A stretch of DNA of 64,000 bases from an uncultured Verrucomicrobiae bacterium (lineage in GTDB: Bacteria; Verrucomicrobiota; Verrucomicrobiia; Limisphaerales; Palsa-1400). The position numbers were made by a program, and so were the translations under genes. The DNA is taken from positions 896,001 to 960,000 of the forward strand of contig CAVXRD010000002.1 of NCBI GenBank assembly GCA_963764165.1. The letters are read 5' to 3'. Position 1 is the first letter of the stretch; each line of letters starts with the position of its first letter. The notes under the pieces are model-generated. The model saw nothing but the letters and a program-made list of their open reading frames with translations. It did not search any database and was not told the DNA's origin. Below are positions 18,268 through 34,644 of this stretch, piece by piece.

Positions 18268-18403
18268 GGAGCGCGGCTGTGTCGAAGACCAGCCGCAGCA
18301 ACGTGGAATTGACCGACGCGCCTGGAGGGTCAACGCGCTGCGGCTGGTCTTCGACACAGCCGCGCCTAACGGGCAGCGACCCTCACCCACTTCTAATCAC
18401 ACC
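18268..18403. repeat. Palindromic REP/MITE-like element, copy 1
   Basis: GCGCGGCTGTGTCGAAGACCAGCCGCAGC ... GCTGCGGCTGGTCTTCGACACAGCCGCGC plus tail TTCTAATCACACC; near-identical to 58833-58971. Confidence 0.9.
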
Positions 18404-18425
18404 CCATTAGAATGGCTCGGCAGAA

Positions 18426-19100
18426 TCAGCTCGCTTTGCGCAGGGACTTGGCTAACTCACTCTTTCGCACAAGCGGTTCGACCAGTTTCCAAATCGATTC
18501 CGTCACAGCTTCGCGCGTTGCCGTGGCGTCGACGGTGCGGACGCGTTGTGGTTCATCGATAGCCAATTGCTTGTAGCCTTTTTCGACGCGCTCGAAAAAG
18601 CTGCGATCCGCTTCTTCCATGCGGTCGCGAATGACTTCCAAGCCGGGCAGCATCCGCGCTTTGCGCCGGTCTTCGCTCAGCTGAACGGGCACCATCAGCA
18701 ACAGGGTCAAATCCGGCTTTGTTTCGCCGACGGCGCACTCGACAATCGCGCGGACGATTTTCAAATCCAACCCGCGCCCGTGCCCCTGATAGGCGATGGT
18801 GGAATCGTAGAACCGATCTGTCAGTACCGATTTCACCAGCGGCCAGCGCGGGGCGGATCAATTCGCGGACCAATTGGGCGCGGCTGGCGTTCATGAGCAG
18901 CAACTCCGTTTCCGGCATCATGGCGTGATTGACGTTGCTGTGCTTCAGCGTGTGCCGGATTTCTTCGCCAATGTCCGTGCCGCCGGGTTCGCGAAATCTC
19001 CGAACCACGCAGCCTTCCTCTTGCAGGCGTTCGGCCAGGATTCCGATTTGGGTGGATTTTCCGCTGCCTTCCGTGCCCTCGAAGCTGATGAAAAGGCCGC

Positions 19101-19104
<4 letters not shown>
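18426..19104 (-). CDS. tmk: Thymidylate kinase, split by an apparent 1-bp insertion at 18827-18828
   Basis: FEGTEGSGKST, REPGGT and RPALAAGEI in one frame; VLTDRFYDSTIAYQG in the next. Removing one base restores GEIVLTDRF. Confidence 0.9.
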
Positions 19105-20516
<1,412 letters not shown>

Positions 20517-20618
20517 TGGACGGCTATCTAATCCCTTGCTCGAAATTATTTCAATCCCCATTCGCGGCAGGTTGTGAAACGGGTGTAAGACAAAATTCTT
20601 CATTCCGCGTTGCCGCCA

Positions 20619-20783
20619 AGCGCCGTAGGCGCGGCACCGTTGCAGAAATGATGCCAAAAGATTTTCAAGCTCCGTCAGGAGCGGCGCCTGCCCCGCACGA
20701 GTGCTTGCCTCCAGTGCCGCTCCTGACGGAGCTCGAGAATGTTTTCGGATGCTTTTCTACAACGGTGCCGCGCCTACGGCGCT
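20619..20783. repeat. Nested inverted REP-like palindromes
   Basis: Outer AGCGCCGTAGGCGCGGCACCGTTG/CAACGGTGCCGCGCCTACGGCGCT; inner AGCTCCGTCAGGAGCGGC/GCCGCTCCTGACGGAGCT. Confidence 0.85.
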
Positions 20784-21006
20784 TCGGAGGTTCCGAGATT
20801 TTCCCGCGCGCCCGGCACTTCTTCCAGCGCATCTTCAATGCCTGGATACTCTGGCGAGGGAAATATGCTTAATGAAGAATCTGGTATCATCCCCTAGTGA
20901 AACAAGTTCTTCGTTTGCTTCGTTTCCTTGTTGTAGAAAGTTTCATGCAGTCTATTTTTTGGAAGAAAAGGCGGCGCGTGCCGAACCGGATCAGGGCCGC
21001 GAGCCC

Positions 21007-21108
21007 GAAAATGTTGCCGGTTGTTGCCACCTTGTTGCCATTTTTGTTGCCACTTAAATGCCTTATAATCAACAGTGTAACGGATGTTGCCACTTTTTGG
21101 AGATTATA
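21007..21108 (-). repeat. Iteron-like ~100-bp element, copy A (GGCAACA units)
   Basis: Five TGTTGCC units on the plus strand around TAATCAACAGTGTAA; same layout as 44954-45056. Confidence 0.65.
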
Positions 21109-21265
21109 GCATATTGCGCATTCGATGGCGCTTCACACGGACCTTGCAATGTCTTTTTCGCCTCAGAAGAAAACTTGCGCAGCGGCACTTCTGCGTCTAA
21201 CTATCTTAAAGCCGGATAAGGCTCACCTCTTGTTTGGCCGGACAGAACAATTGTCTATTTGACGC

Positions 21266-21736
21266 ATGAGCGAGCCTTACGAAGAAATTGTGCATGGGGA
21301 GACGGTGATGCGTTCACCGCCCGGTATGCGCCACGAAAAAATCTGCGCCCGGCTCCACGCCCGAATGGCCCGGGGCCTGGCCAATACCAGCGTCACCCGA
21401 TTGCTTTCCCCACGCTCCATCGTGCAGATGTCGGCGGGAACGATGGTCCGGCCCGATCTCGCGCTGGTAACCGCGGCGACTGGAAAATTGTGGCTGGCGG
21501 TGGAGGTCATCGATTCGGAAGACCATCACGTTGACACGGTTCTGAAAAAATCGATTTACGAGGACTCCAGCCTGCCGCGCCTTTGGATGGTGGATCCACG
21601 CTACGACAACGTGGAGCTTTACCACGGGATGCAATATGGTCTGGCATTGCGCGGAATTCTGGCGGGCAAAGAAAAACTGGTGGAAGCGTTGATACCGGAG
21701 TTCGACATTGTGATTGCTGAGTTATTCGATGTTTGA
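21266..21736 (+). CDS. Uma2/DUF820-family PD-(D/E)XK protein
   Basis: EIVHGE..MRSPP..RHE, VRPDL, LAVEV, K..IY, LWMVDP. Confidence 0.85.
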   Translation: MSEPYEEIVHGETVMRSPPGMRHEKICARLHARMARGLANTSVTRLLSPRSIVQMSAGTMVRPDLALVTAATGKLWLAVEVIDSEDHHVDTVLKKSIYEDSSLPRLWMVDPRYDNVELYHGMQYGLALRGILAGKEKLVEALIPEFDIVIAELFDV

Positions 21737-21739
21737 CGT

Positions 21740-22984
21740 ATGCGACGCGCGATGATTTTGCTTTTCCTTCTATGCTGTTTCGCCGCCTCCGGGCTGCGCG
21801 CTGCGGATTGGCCGCAATTTCTTGGGCCCACCCGCAATGGCGTTTATCCCGGATCGCTCACCAACACATGGCCGAAAGACGGACCGCCGGCTGTTTGGAA
21901 GAAATCGGTCGGCCACGGTTTCAGCGGACCGGTTGTTGCAGGCGGGAATTTGATTCTTTTCCAACGAATTGATGACAAGGAATTGATCGATTGCATGGAT
22001 GCGCGAACCGGAAATCCGAAATGGAGCAAATCCTACGCAACTTCTTACCGCGACGACTTCGGATTCGACGATGGACCACGCGCCACTCCCTGCATCGCGG
22101 GCGGCAAGATATATACGTACGGCGCGGAGGGAATGTTGAGCTGCCTTGATCTCGCGGACGGAAAAATCATCTGGCAAAGCGATACAAAAAAGCAGTTTCA
22201 CCAATCGAAAGGATTTTTCGGAGCCGCTTGCTCGCCGTTGGTGGAAGGGCGCGCGGTCCTGATGAACATTGGCGGCGAGGATGGTGCGGGCATCGTAGCC
22301 TTTGACGCCGCGACTGGAACCGTGCTTTGGAAAACCAGCCATGATGAAGCCGGATATTCGTCACCCATCGCCGCCACCGTCGAAAACCATCGTTGCGCGC
22401 TTTTCTTCACGCGGGCCGGATTGGTAGGGCTGGCCCCGGGCGACGGAAAAATCCAATTCGATTACCATTGGCGCTCAATGATGAATGCCTCCGTCAACGC
22501 CGCCACTCCGCTGGTTGTCGACGACATGATTTTTCTCTCCGCTTGTTATGGAACCGGCGCAATTCTGCTGCGCGTCCACGACAACAAATTGGAAAAAATC
22601 TGGTCGGGCGACGACCTGCTTTCGAACCATTACGCCACCAGTATTTACGCCGACGGATTTCTTTACGGCATCAACGGACGAGCTGACCCCGGTTTCAGCC
22701 CTTCGCCGAGCCTGCGCTGCGTCGAGTTCAAGACAGGAAAAGTGCGTTGGGACGAGAGTTCAGTGGGCGCAGGGACGGTGGTGTTGGCCGGCTCTAATTT
22801 GCTAATCCTAACCGAGGGAGGCGAATTGATCCGCGCCGCCACCGCTCCCGACGCATTCAAGTCTTCCGACCGCGCCCAAGTGATGCCGAATGGTGTTCGC
22901 GCTTATCCGGCACTCGCGGACGGCTTTCTCTACGCGCGCAGCACGGACAAACTCTACTGCGTCGACCTCGGTTCCAAGAAATAA
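21740..22984 (+). CDS. Secreted PQQ-like (BamB-family) beta-propeller protein
   Basis: Signal peptide, ADWPQFLGPTRNG, repeated D..TG...W motifs. Confidence 0.88.
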   Translation: MRRAMILLFLLCCFAASGLRAADWPQFLGPTRNGVYPGSLTNTWPKDGPPAVWKKSVGHGFSGPVVAGGNLILFQRIDDKELIDCMDARTGNPKWSKSYATSYRDDFGFDDGPRATPCIAGGKIYTYGAEGMLSCLDLADGKIIWQSDTKKQFHQSKGFFGAACSPLVEGRAVLMNIGGEDGAGIVAFDAATGTVLWKTSHDEAGYSSPIAATVENHRCALFFTRAGLVGLAPGDGKIQFDYHWRSMMNASVNAATPLVVDDMIFLSACYGTGAILLRVHDNKLEKIWSGDDLLSNHYATSIYADGFLYGINGRADPGFSPSPSLRCVEFKTGKVRWDESSVGAGTVVLAGSNLLILTEGGELIRAATAPDAFKSSDRAQVMPNGVRAYPALADGFLYARSTDKLYCVDLGSKK

Positions 22985-23034
22985 TTTCGTTCGTTGGACA
23001 GTCTTTGTCCAACCCCGTCCGTTAGTGTTCTCGC

Positions 23035-23229
23035 ATGAATACGAACACGAATGGACAATCCGAAATCAAAAACAAAAAACAAAAAGTCATCGCCCGCTTC
23101 GGTGGCGCTGCCCTCATTCGCGGCCAAAATGGAATTTGGCAGTTACAGGGCGGCTCGAAAGATGACAAAGTTTCCGCCCAGGAATGGGCCAGCCTCTTCC
23201 AGCATGAGGCGGTGTTTCAGTTCAATTGA
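23035..23229 (+). CDS. Small hypothetical protein
   Basis: 64-aa ORF filling the intergenic gap, with plausible composition. Confidence 0.5.
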   Translation: MNTNTNGQSEIKNKKQKVIARFGGAALIRGQNGIWQLQGGSKDDKVSAQEWASLFQHEAVFQFN

Positions 23230-23323
23230 TTTTCTTCGCCACGCTAAAAAGTAAACTCGTCCTCCGCCACGCGCACGGATCGGCCCCGCTTCCGATTCGT
23301 GCGCGAATTTATTTCATGGGACT

Positions 23324-23641
23324 CTACGGGACGGCGCCGTGAATGGAGCACAATGTTTTGTCTCCAATGCGGCCTAACGAAATTTTCCCGCCAGAGGGAC
23401 ACGTCGGCAAATCACCGTTCGGCCCTTTTCCAAGGTATGGGCGCAAATCATCCATAGTCACTTCGTTCGTCAGCTTTTTACCATTCTCGTCAGCCCATTG
23501 CTTTTTCGACGTGTCATAGAGCCGAAGATTATTCAAGCACGCGTAGGAATAGTCATGCGGCGGCAGCCTGCCCTGCCGTGAGCAGGAAACGCAGAGGATG
23601 GCGCTTGCCAAAATTACCAAGAATGCGGCACTCGGCTTCAT
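23324..23641 (-). CDS. Small lipoprotein with a pilin/pseudopilin-like globular domain
   Basis: Signal ending CVSC; ACLNNLR....[21 protein letters not shown]. Confidence 0.65.
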   Translation of the reverse strand: MKPSAAFLVILASAILCVSCSRQGRLPPHDYSYACLNNLRLYDTSKKQWADENGKKLTNEVTMDDLRPYLGKGPNGDLPTCPSGGKISLGRIGDKTLCSIHGAVP

Positions 23642-23803
23642 GGTGGTAAAACAATACCGACGTTATCGCGCGTGTTCAAGAAAGTAACGCAAACTGCGTT
23701 CGCAAAAAATATTTTCATTTGTTTCGCGATTCGCATTGAACCGCGGCGCGGAGAATTTCAATATCGGCGTTGGCGCGCTATCCAGCCGCCATTCACAAAT
23801 GCC

Positions 23804-25093
23804 ATGAGCGCGAAGAACGAACGATTTCACGTGGTCGGCGGAGCGGTTGTTTCCGGCGAAATCACGCCGCAGGGAAATAAAAACGAAGCGCTGCCCGTCT
23901 GCGCCGCCGCCTGCCTGACCGATCAACCAGTGACGATTGATAATCTTCCCACCATCGAAGATGTCACCATCATGCAGCAGATTCTGCGCAAGCTGGGCGT
24001 GAGCGTCGAGGTGACCGGAAATTCGGCCACGATTTGCGCGGCGAATAATCCGAAGTCCGATCTGCCGGCGAAACTTTGCGCGCAACTGCGCGGCTCCGTA
24101 ACGCTGGCCGGTCCAATTTTGGCGCGCAGCGGCCGCGTGTTTCTGCCCAAGCCAGGCGGCGACCGCATCGGACGCCGGCGCCTCGATACGCATGTTCTCG
24201 CGTTGCAAGCGCTCGGAGCCCAGGTGGAAACGCGCCCGGACGGATTCGAGTTGAAGGCAAGCAAACTCCGCGGGGCCGACGTTCTGCTTGACGAAGCTTC
24301 GGTGACCGCGACGGAAAATGCGGTTTGCGCCGCCTCGCTGGCCGAGGGTCAGACGATTTTGCGCAACGCCGCTTGCGAACCGCACGTCCAAGGTTTGTGC
24401 CGGATGCTGGTGCAGATGGGCGCGAAGATCGAAGGCATCGGGTCAAACATTTTATACATCCAGGGCGTTGATCGCTTGCATGGGACACGGCACAAAGTCG
24501 GGCCGGATTATTTGGAAGTTGGCAGTTTCATTTCCGTCGCGGCGGTGACCGGCGGAAAATTGCTTATCAAGGATGTCTGCCACGACGACAACCGGATGCT
24601 GCTGCAAATTTACAATCGCCTCGGCATCGAAGTGGTCGCACAAGGCAATGACCTGCTCGTACCCTCCGGGCAATCGATGAAAATCACCCACGATCTCGGC
24701 GGAGCGGTTCCAAAAATTGACGACGCGCCGTGGCCAGGTTTCCCGGCGGACTTGACGTCTATCGCGCTTGTAACGGCCACCCAATGCGCAGGCACGATTT
24801 TGATCCACGAGAAAATGTATGAATCACGCCTGTTCTTCGTGGACAATTTGATTGCGATGGGCGCGCAAATCATTTTGTGCGATCCGCATCGGGCCGTCGT
24901 GATCGGCCCCGCGAAATTGCGTGGCTCCACGCTCACCAGTCCCGACATTCGCGCCGGCATGACGATGCTAATTGCCGCGCTTTGCGCCGAGGGCGAATCG
25001 ACAATTCACAACATCCGGCAGATCGATCGCGGCTTCGAGCGCATCGACCAGCGGCTCAATGCGCTGGGCGCGAAGATTCAGCGGCTGGATTAA
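23804..25093 (+). CDS. murA: UDP-N-acetylglucosamine 1-carboxyvinyltransferase, Asp variant
   Basis: [50 protein letters not shown]. Confidence 0.95.
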   Translation: MSAKNERFHVVGGAVVSGEITPQGNKNEALPVCAAACLTDQPVTIDNLPTIEDVTIMQQILRKLGVSVEVTGNSATICAANNPKSDLPAKLCAQLRGSVTLAGPILARSGRVFLPKPGGDRIGRRRLDTHVLALQALGAQVETRPDGFELKASKLRGADVLLDEASVTATENAVCAASLAEGQTILRNAACEPHVQGLCRMLVQMGAKIEGIGSNILYIQGVDRLHGTRHKVGPDYLEVGSFISVAAVTGGKLLIKDVCHDDNRMLLQIYNRLGIEVVAQGNDLLVPSGQSMKITHDLGGAVPKIDDAPWPGFPADLTSIALVTATQCAGTILIHEKMYESRLFFVDNLIAMGAQIILCDPHRAVVIGPAKLRGSTLTSPDIRAGMTMLIAALCAEGESTIHNIRQIDRGFERIDQRLNALGAKIQRLD

Positions 25094-27210
25094 TGCACCG
25101 GATCGAGCGCGGATTTTCGCGCCACAATCGTGGTGTCGTCCACTGCGCCCGCTGTTTTGTCCGCGAGGTGCTCATCCAAAACGAGCACCCCGTGCGGCGG
25201 GATGTCGTAATTGCCGCTGAACGTTCGCTCGGTCAGGAAATCGTGCATCGGCTTGTAAAACGTGATGCGCACCGGGGTGTTTTGGTGATTGAGCAGGAAG
25301 AAAATGCGCGTCCCCTCCTTTTGCCGCATGCTCACTTCCACGGAATCCGGAACCTTCAACAACGAACCCAGCAGGCACAAATTTCTCAGCCAACTCACCA
25401 GATCGTAATAGAAATATTGCTGCGAGACCGTCCCGACGTAAATAGCCTTGCCAAGGCCAAATTCATTCAGGGTCAGCGCGGGTTTGCCCGAGTAAAAATC
25501 CTTCGTGAATGTCGAAAGAATCTGGCAGCCGTTCGCCTCGATGACATCGCACCACAAACGCGCCGTATGCAGATGGCTCGTTGCGAACCCGCCCTTGAAC
25601 GCGAGATGATTTTCCTCGTCGGGCGCCAGCGGATCGAATTCGACGACCTCCAAGCCGAACAAATCCGTCAGATCGTGCGGATATCCTGTGTCGGCGGCAA
25701 TGTGATGCTCGTCGACGAGACCGGTATTGCACGTCGCCACCAGCGTGCCGCCGTTTTGCACATACAATTTCAGCGCGTCGGCTTCGCAGCCCGCCAGCAA
25801 GCTCATCGACGGTGCGATGACAAGCTTGTACTTGGACAGATTTTCGCTGGGGCGCGCAAAATCGACCGGGATGTTGCGGTCATGCAGCGCGGTGTAAAAA
25901 AGCTGGACGTGGTCGCGCAGCGAAAAATGCTTGTTTGGCTGGCGCGGCAAACCCATCGACCAGGCATTTTCGTGGGTGTAAAGAATTGCGACTTCGGGCT
26001 GGACGGTTGTTCTCTCCAGGGCGGGAGCCAGGCGCTTGATCTCCTGCCCAATTTCGCTGATTTCCTTGTACATGCGGTTGTCCCCGCGCCCGTTATGCGA
26101 AAGGATGCCGCCGTAGAATTTCTCCTGGCCCATGCGCGGCTGCCGCCAGTAAAAATAGAGCATTCCGTTCGCGCCGCGCGAAAGCGCCTGATAGGTGAAC
26201 AGCCGCACCACACCCGGACGCACCACAGAATTCACGTCCTGCCAATTCACCTGCCCCGCCTTCTGCTCGATGCCCCAAAAACCACTCGAGGCGCCCGGCA
26301 TATTGACGTTTTCCTTTTTCAACGAGCGCAAGAAATCCAATTCACAGGCATTTTCGGCGGACTTGGATTTGATGGTGGCGGCGCTTGTCAGCGACACAAA
26401 ATCAAGAACGTCAGCCACGTCAAATAAATCCAGATTCTGACCAAAGGCGCGCATGTTCGTGGTGACGGGAATATTGGGAGAAAGCTCCTTCAGCAATTCC
26501 GTCTGCATCCGCACGAAAGCGACCACGGTATCGCTGCAAAAGCGATGCCAGTCCATCAGCAGCGCCGGATTGTGCGGGGCCGGAGCGGGGCGCGGCATCG
26601 GGATGTGCGACCAATCATCAACAGTCTGGCCCCAAAAACGGCAGCCCATCATGTTGTTGAGGTTGTCGATGGTTTTGTATTTGGCCTCCAGCCACAGGTG
26701 CCAGTCGCGTTCGGTTTCCTGGTTGAAACACGGCTGAAGTGAATGCGCACCGATGTTATTATCAATTTGCCAGGCAATCAGTTGCGAATGTTTGCCCAGT
26801 GCCTCGCCCAGCGCCCGAATAATCCGTCGCGAGTAGTCCCAATAGAGGTCACTGTTCAAGCAGCATGAGTGGCGGGTTCCGTTGCAAAGCGGATGGCCGC
26901 GCTCGTCAGTCGGCAGGATTTCCGGATGTTTTTTTGTCAACCAAACGGGCGGCGCGGCGGTCGGCGTGGCGAGGACGACTTTGATGTTTTCCTCGCGCAT
27001 CAAATCCATCACGCGCTTCAGCCAGGAAAAATCGAATTCACCGTCGCGCGGTTCGCAGAGGCCCCAGACAAATTCCCCCATTCGTGCCACGTTCATCCCG
27101 GCAGTCACCATGAGGGCAACGTCTTCTCGCCAGCGGGATTCGGGATTTTCCGCTGTCCCGGCGAACGGATGGACCCAATGTTCAGGGTGGTAATCGGCTC
27201 CGAAATACAT
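25090..27210 (-). CDS. GH42 beta-galactosidase-like protein with an altered active site
   Basis: [15 protein letters not shown]...[19 protein letters not shown], trimerisation domain; DNN in place of DNE. Confidence 0.88.
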   Translation of the reverse strand: MYFGADYHPEHWVHPFAGTAENPESRWREDVALMVTAGMNVARMGEFVWGLCEPRDGEFDFSWLKRVMDLMREENIKVVLATPTAAPPVWLTKKHPEILPTDERGHPLCNGTRHSCCLNSDLYWDYSRRIIRALGEALGKHSQLIAWQIDNNIGAHSLQPCFNQETERDWHLWLEAKYKTIDNLNNMMGCRFWGQTVDDWSHIPMPRPAPAPHNPALLMDWHRFCSDTVVAFVRMQTELLKELSPNIPVTTNMRAFGQNLDLFDVADVLDFVSLTSAATIKSKSAENACELDFLRSLKKENVNMPGASSGFWGIEQKAGQVNWQDVNSVVRPGVVRLFTYQALSRGANGMLYFYWRQPRMGQEKFYGGILSHNGRGDNRMYKEISEIGQEIKRLAPALERTTVQPEVAILYTHENAWSMGLPRQPNKHFSLRDHVQLFYTALHDRNIPVDFARPSENLSKYKLVIAPSMSLLAGCEADALKLYVQNGGTLVATCNTGLVDEHHIAADTGYPHDLTDLFGLEVVEFDPLAPDEENHLAFKGGFATSHLHTARLWCDVIEANGCQILSTFTKDFYSGKPALTLNEFGLGKAIYVGTVSQQYFYYDLVSWLRNLCLLGSLLKVPDSVEVSMRQKEGTRIFFLLNHQNTPVRITFYKPMHDFLTERTFSGNYDIPPHGVLVLDEHLADKTAGAVDDTTIVARKSALDPVH

Positions 27211-27378
27211 AAGCGATTCCTCTGGTTAAAAGCATCACCGACTGAGACGACTGGATTATACCATATCCACCCCAATGCTGGCAAATGAAATTGACAAGAA
27301 CAAAGTTTTTGACATTACCCGAGGCCCGAACGCTCAATCCATTTGGCAAGCCCTGTGGAAAGGCGTAGTTTTGCGGGC

Positions 27379-27678
27379 ATGAGTGCAACTCGACATTGCC
27401 ATCGGTGCGGCTGGGAATGGAATCTGGCCGGACAGCCGGGCCGCGGCGATTCGTGCCACCGCTGCAGCGCGGATCTGAAAGTTTGCTTGAATTGCGTCAG
27501 CTACGACGCGCGGGTGGCCCATCAGTGCAGGGATCGCCGGGCGGATCCGGTTCAGGAGAAAGCGGTGGCGAATTTCTGCGAGTATTTCGAGATGGCACGC
27601 CGCGAATTTGCCGCGAAAGGCGCAAGCCCGCGCGAAAGCTCAGCACGCGATCAATTGAAAAAGCTGTTCGGCGATTGA
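27379..27678 (+). CDS. Small Cys-rich putative zinc-binding protein
   Basis: CHRC...CHRC...CLNC...C...NFCEYF, ends LKKLFGD; TTGGCA-17-TAGTTT upstream. Confidence 0.75.
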   Translation: MSATRHCHRCGWEWNLAGQPGRGDSCHRCSADLKVCLNCVSYDARVAHQCRDRRADPVQEKAVANFCEYFEMARREFAAKGASPRESSARDQLKKLFGD

Positions 27679-27680
27679 GG

Positions 27681-28943
27681 TTACGCGATCAGGGCGCGCC
27701 GAATCATGTCCAAAGCTTGCTGTGTCGTGACGTTTTTGAATGTTTCGCGGTCGAACGGGTTGAATTGGCGCTGCGCTTCACTCCCCTTTTCGCTCGCAAT
27801 GGCCAGGAAAACGGTACCAACTGGTTTTGACTCGGTGCCGCCATCCGGCCCGGCAATGCCTGTTATGGCAATTCCAAAATCTGCGACGGAATTTTTTCGC
27901 GCGCCTTCGGCCATTTGACGGGCGACGGTTTCGCTGACGGCGCCATGTTCCTCCAGACTGAAACGGCTGACGCCAAGCATTTGTTCTTTGGCTTCATTGC
28001 TGTAGGTGACAAAGCCGCATTTCAAGACGCTTGATGCTCCAGGGATATTCGTAATTCGGTGCGCGAGGAACCCCCCTGTGCAGGATTCAGCCGGGGCGAC
28101 GGTTTTGCCTGCAGCTTTCAGCAAATTCACGACGACGGACTCAAGAGTCTCATCGCCAACGGCGTAAATTGAATTTCCCAGGATGCGCCGCGCAATATGC
28201 TCAGATTGCTGGACGATGTTGACCGCCTGTTCGCCCCGGGCGGCGAGGCGAATTTCCACTTCGCCGATCCGCGCACAATAGCCCAAGTCCAAACCAGCGT
28301 TGACGAATTCCTCCAATGGACCCGAAATCGCCTGCTCAACGGCGGATTCCCGCAATCCCGTCGTCCGCAATATCAGGCACACGGACACTTCGGGCAGCGG
28401 CATCTCCTGATTTAGCAGTGGAACAACACATTCCGCGAACATTGGACGAAGTTCCCGAGGAGGTCCGGGCAGCAAAATCAGCCACGAGGCTTTTCCGTCG
28501 GCACGAAGTTTGTTTGGACTCACATGAATCGCAAGGCCTGGCGCTGTCCCATTGGAATTTGTCAAAACCCGTGCGCCCACGGGAATCATTGCCTGAACTT
28601 TCATGCTTTCGAGCAATTTTCCTTTGCGACGGGCAACGAAGTGTTCCAAACGCTCCAAAGTTTCTGGATGGAGAATCAGTTTCCGGTCGAGAAGCTGCGC
28701 AATTAACGTGCGGGTGATGTCATCGGAAGTCGGCCCCAGCCCGCCAGTGGCAATTACAAGATCGGCACGGGAAAGTGACTCCGCGACGGTGGATTGGATT
28801 TCGCGGGCTTGGTCGGCGATGGCGATTTGCCTTTTCACTTCGTAACCGAGATCGGTAAGCTGCCGACAAAGCCACTGCTGATGGGTGTTGAGAACCCGGC
28901 CGATCATCAACTCGCTGCCCGTATTGACAATTTCAATATGCAT
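27681..28943 (-). CDS. cinA: Competence/damage-inducible protein A (MocF plus PncC domains)
   Basis: GSELMIG, TGGLGPTSDDIT, LPGPPRE, AESCTGG, HGAVS, ITGIAGPDGG. Confidence 0.93.
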   Translation of the reverse strand: MHIEIVNTGSELMIGRVLNTHQQWLCRQLTDLGYEVKRQIAIADQAREIQSTVAESLSRADLVIATGGLGPTSDDITRTLIAQLLDRKLILHPETLERLEHFVARRKGKLLESMKVQAMIPVGARVLTNSNGTAPGLAIHVSPNKLRADGKASWLILLPGPPRELRPMFAECVVPLLNQEMPLPEVSVCLILRTTGLRESAVEQAISGPLEEFVNAGLDLGYCARIGEVEIRLAARGEQAVNIVQQSEHIARRILGNSIYAVGDETLESVVVNLLKAAGKTVAPAESCTGGFLAHRITNIPGASSVLKCGFVTYSNEAKEQMLGVSRFSLEEHGAVSETVARQMAEGARKNSVADFGIAITGIAGPDGGTESKPVGTVFLAIASEKGSEAQRQFNPFDRETFKNVTTQQALDMIRRALIA

Positions 28944-28962
28944 CGGGTGGAAATATAGGGCT

Positions 28963-29007
28963 GAAAAACAAAAAAAGCCGAAACAATAAAGATTTTGTTT
29001 CGGCTTT
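28963..29007 (-). terminator. rRNA operon intrinsic terminator
   Basis: AAAGCCGAA...TTCGGCTTT stem followed on the minus strand by a T-tract. Confidence 0.7.
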
Positions 29008-29016
29008 AATTAAAGA

Positions 29017-29131
29017 TCTGGCGGCGTCCTACTCTCGCAGAAGCTATACAACTACTACCATCGGCAAGACTGTGTTTGACGGCCGTGTTCGGGATGGGAA
29101 CGGGTCGGACCACAGCTTCATAGCCACCAAA
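29017..29131 (-). rRNA. rrf: 5S rRNA
   Basis: Conserved CCCGTTCCCATCCCGAACACGG and GCCGATGGTAGT segments on the minus strand; ends approximate. Confidence 0.93.
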
Positions 29132-29252
29132 AAATTGTCAAAAGATCGTGCTGGAAACGATTCCAGGAATATTCACTGAAAACTACACACAGAACAAAGG
29201 ACACAGCAATCCAATTCGCGAGTTGAAATCACTTATTCTCCGAAGAGAAAAA

Positions 29253-32121
<2,869 letters not shown>

Positions 32122-32275
32122 ACAAAGATAACCATCTTAGGATGGTCACTCAGCGAATTGTAATTATCTATGCCCTTAAATTTCTATGTGTAGTTGTCAA
32201 AGAACATTCCCGAGTCTTCCGGCTTGAGCCTTTTAAACCCAAACCTTTGTCTCCAGGTAAAGTTATGTCAAAAAG

Positions 32276-32352
32276 TGGTGGGCGTGACTGGATTCGAACC
32301 AGTGACCCTGCGCTTATCAAGCGCATGCTCTAACCAACTGAGCTACACGCCC
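32276..32352 (-). tRNA. tRNA-Ile(GAT)
   Basis: Full cloverleaf, anticodon loop TTGATAA, CCA end. Confidence 0.97.
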
Positions 32353-32465
32353 CGCCTTCGCGCTGCGCGCTTCGGCGCGGCAAGCCCGCTCGCCGCCGAT
32401 AAAGGGTACTGTCCGCCGTCACTCCCCGGCTTGCCGAGCCGCAGCTCGCGTTAGCGAGCGAAGGC
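32353..32465. repeat. REP-like palindromic element between the spacer tRNAs
   Basis: GCCTTCGCGCTGCGCGCTTCGGCGCGGCAAGCC ... GGCTTGCCGAGCCGCAGCTCGCGTTAGCGAGCGAAGGC. Confidence 0.7.
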
Positions 32466-32541
32466 TGGTGGAGCTGAGGAGAGTCGAACTCCTGACCTAT
32501 AGCTTGCAAAGCTACCGCTCTACCAACTGAGCTACAGCCCC
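32466..32541 (-). tRNA. tRNA-Ala(TGC)
   Basis: Full cloverleaf, anticodon loop TTTGCAA, G3-U70, CCA end. Confidence 0.97.
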
Positions 32542-32761
32542 ATAAGGCTCCATTTGAGTTCGGATCCCATCCACTTTTTAAAGAACAAATTCGCACGGCT
32601 CAGATCTTAACCTGACCGTAACGAACGGGTGAACAAGCACCCTTGGCCTCTGTATGAGAACCATTGAATACTGAATTGTGCGAATGTGAAAGCCATATCA
32701 GGCCGGCATTTCTGCCGTTCTGACCGACCTAGGAGCACGGTTTTTACCCCGTGTCCATTTA

Positions 32762-34339
<1,578 letters not shown>

Positions 34340-34644
34340 TAAAAACGTTAGCTTGAATCTTGTCCGGTGGTTAACCCGGACTGATTTTGCAATTAAAACT
34401 CCTCAAATCTCACCAACTAACTAGGCGAGACTTAAAGGGGCTCTCACTATTCGCACAATTCAATTTTCAATGATCATCCGGCGCGTTTAGCGCGCCAATT
34501 TGTTCCCATACAGGGGACAAAAAACCTGAGCGCCGTGTCTTTTAACTTTAACTCGGCATCTCAGATACCTTAGCTTTAACTTCAAACATAATTAAACATT
34601 TGAAGCGGGTTGTCAACAGGTTTTGTTTACCAACCACTTTCTTT

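Noticed and set aside
18820..18836. Programmed ribosomal frameshift in tmk
   Set aside because: No slippery sequence or stimulatory structure; a sequencing indel is simpler.
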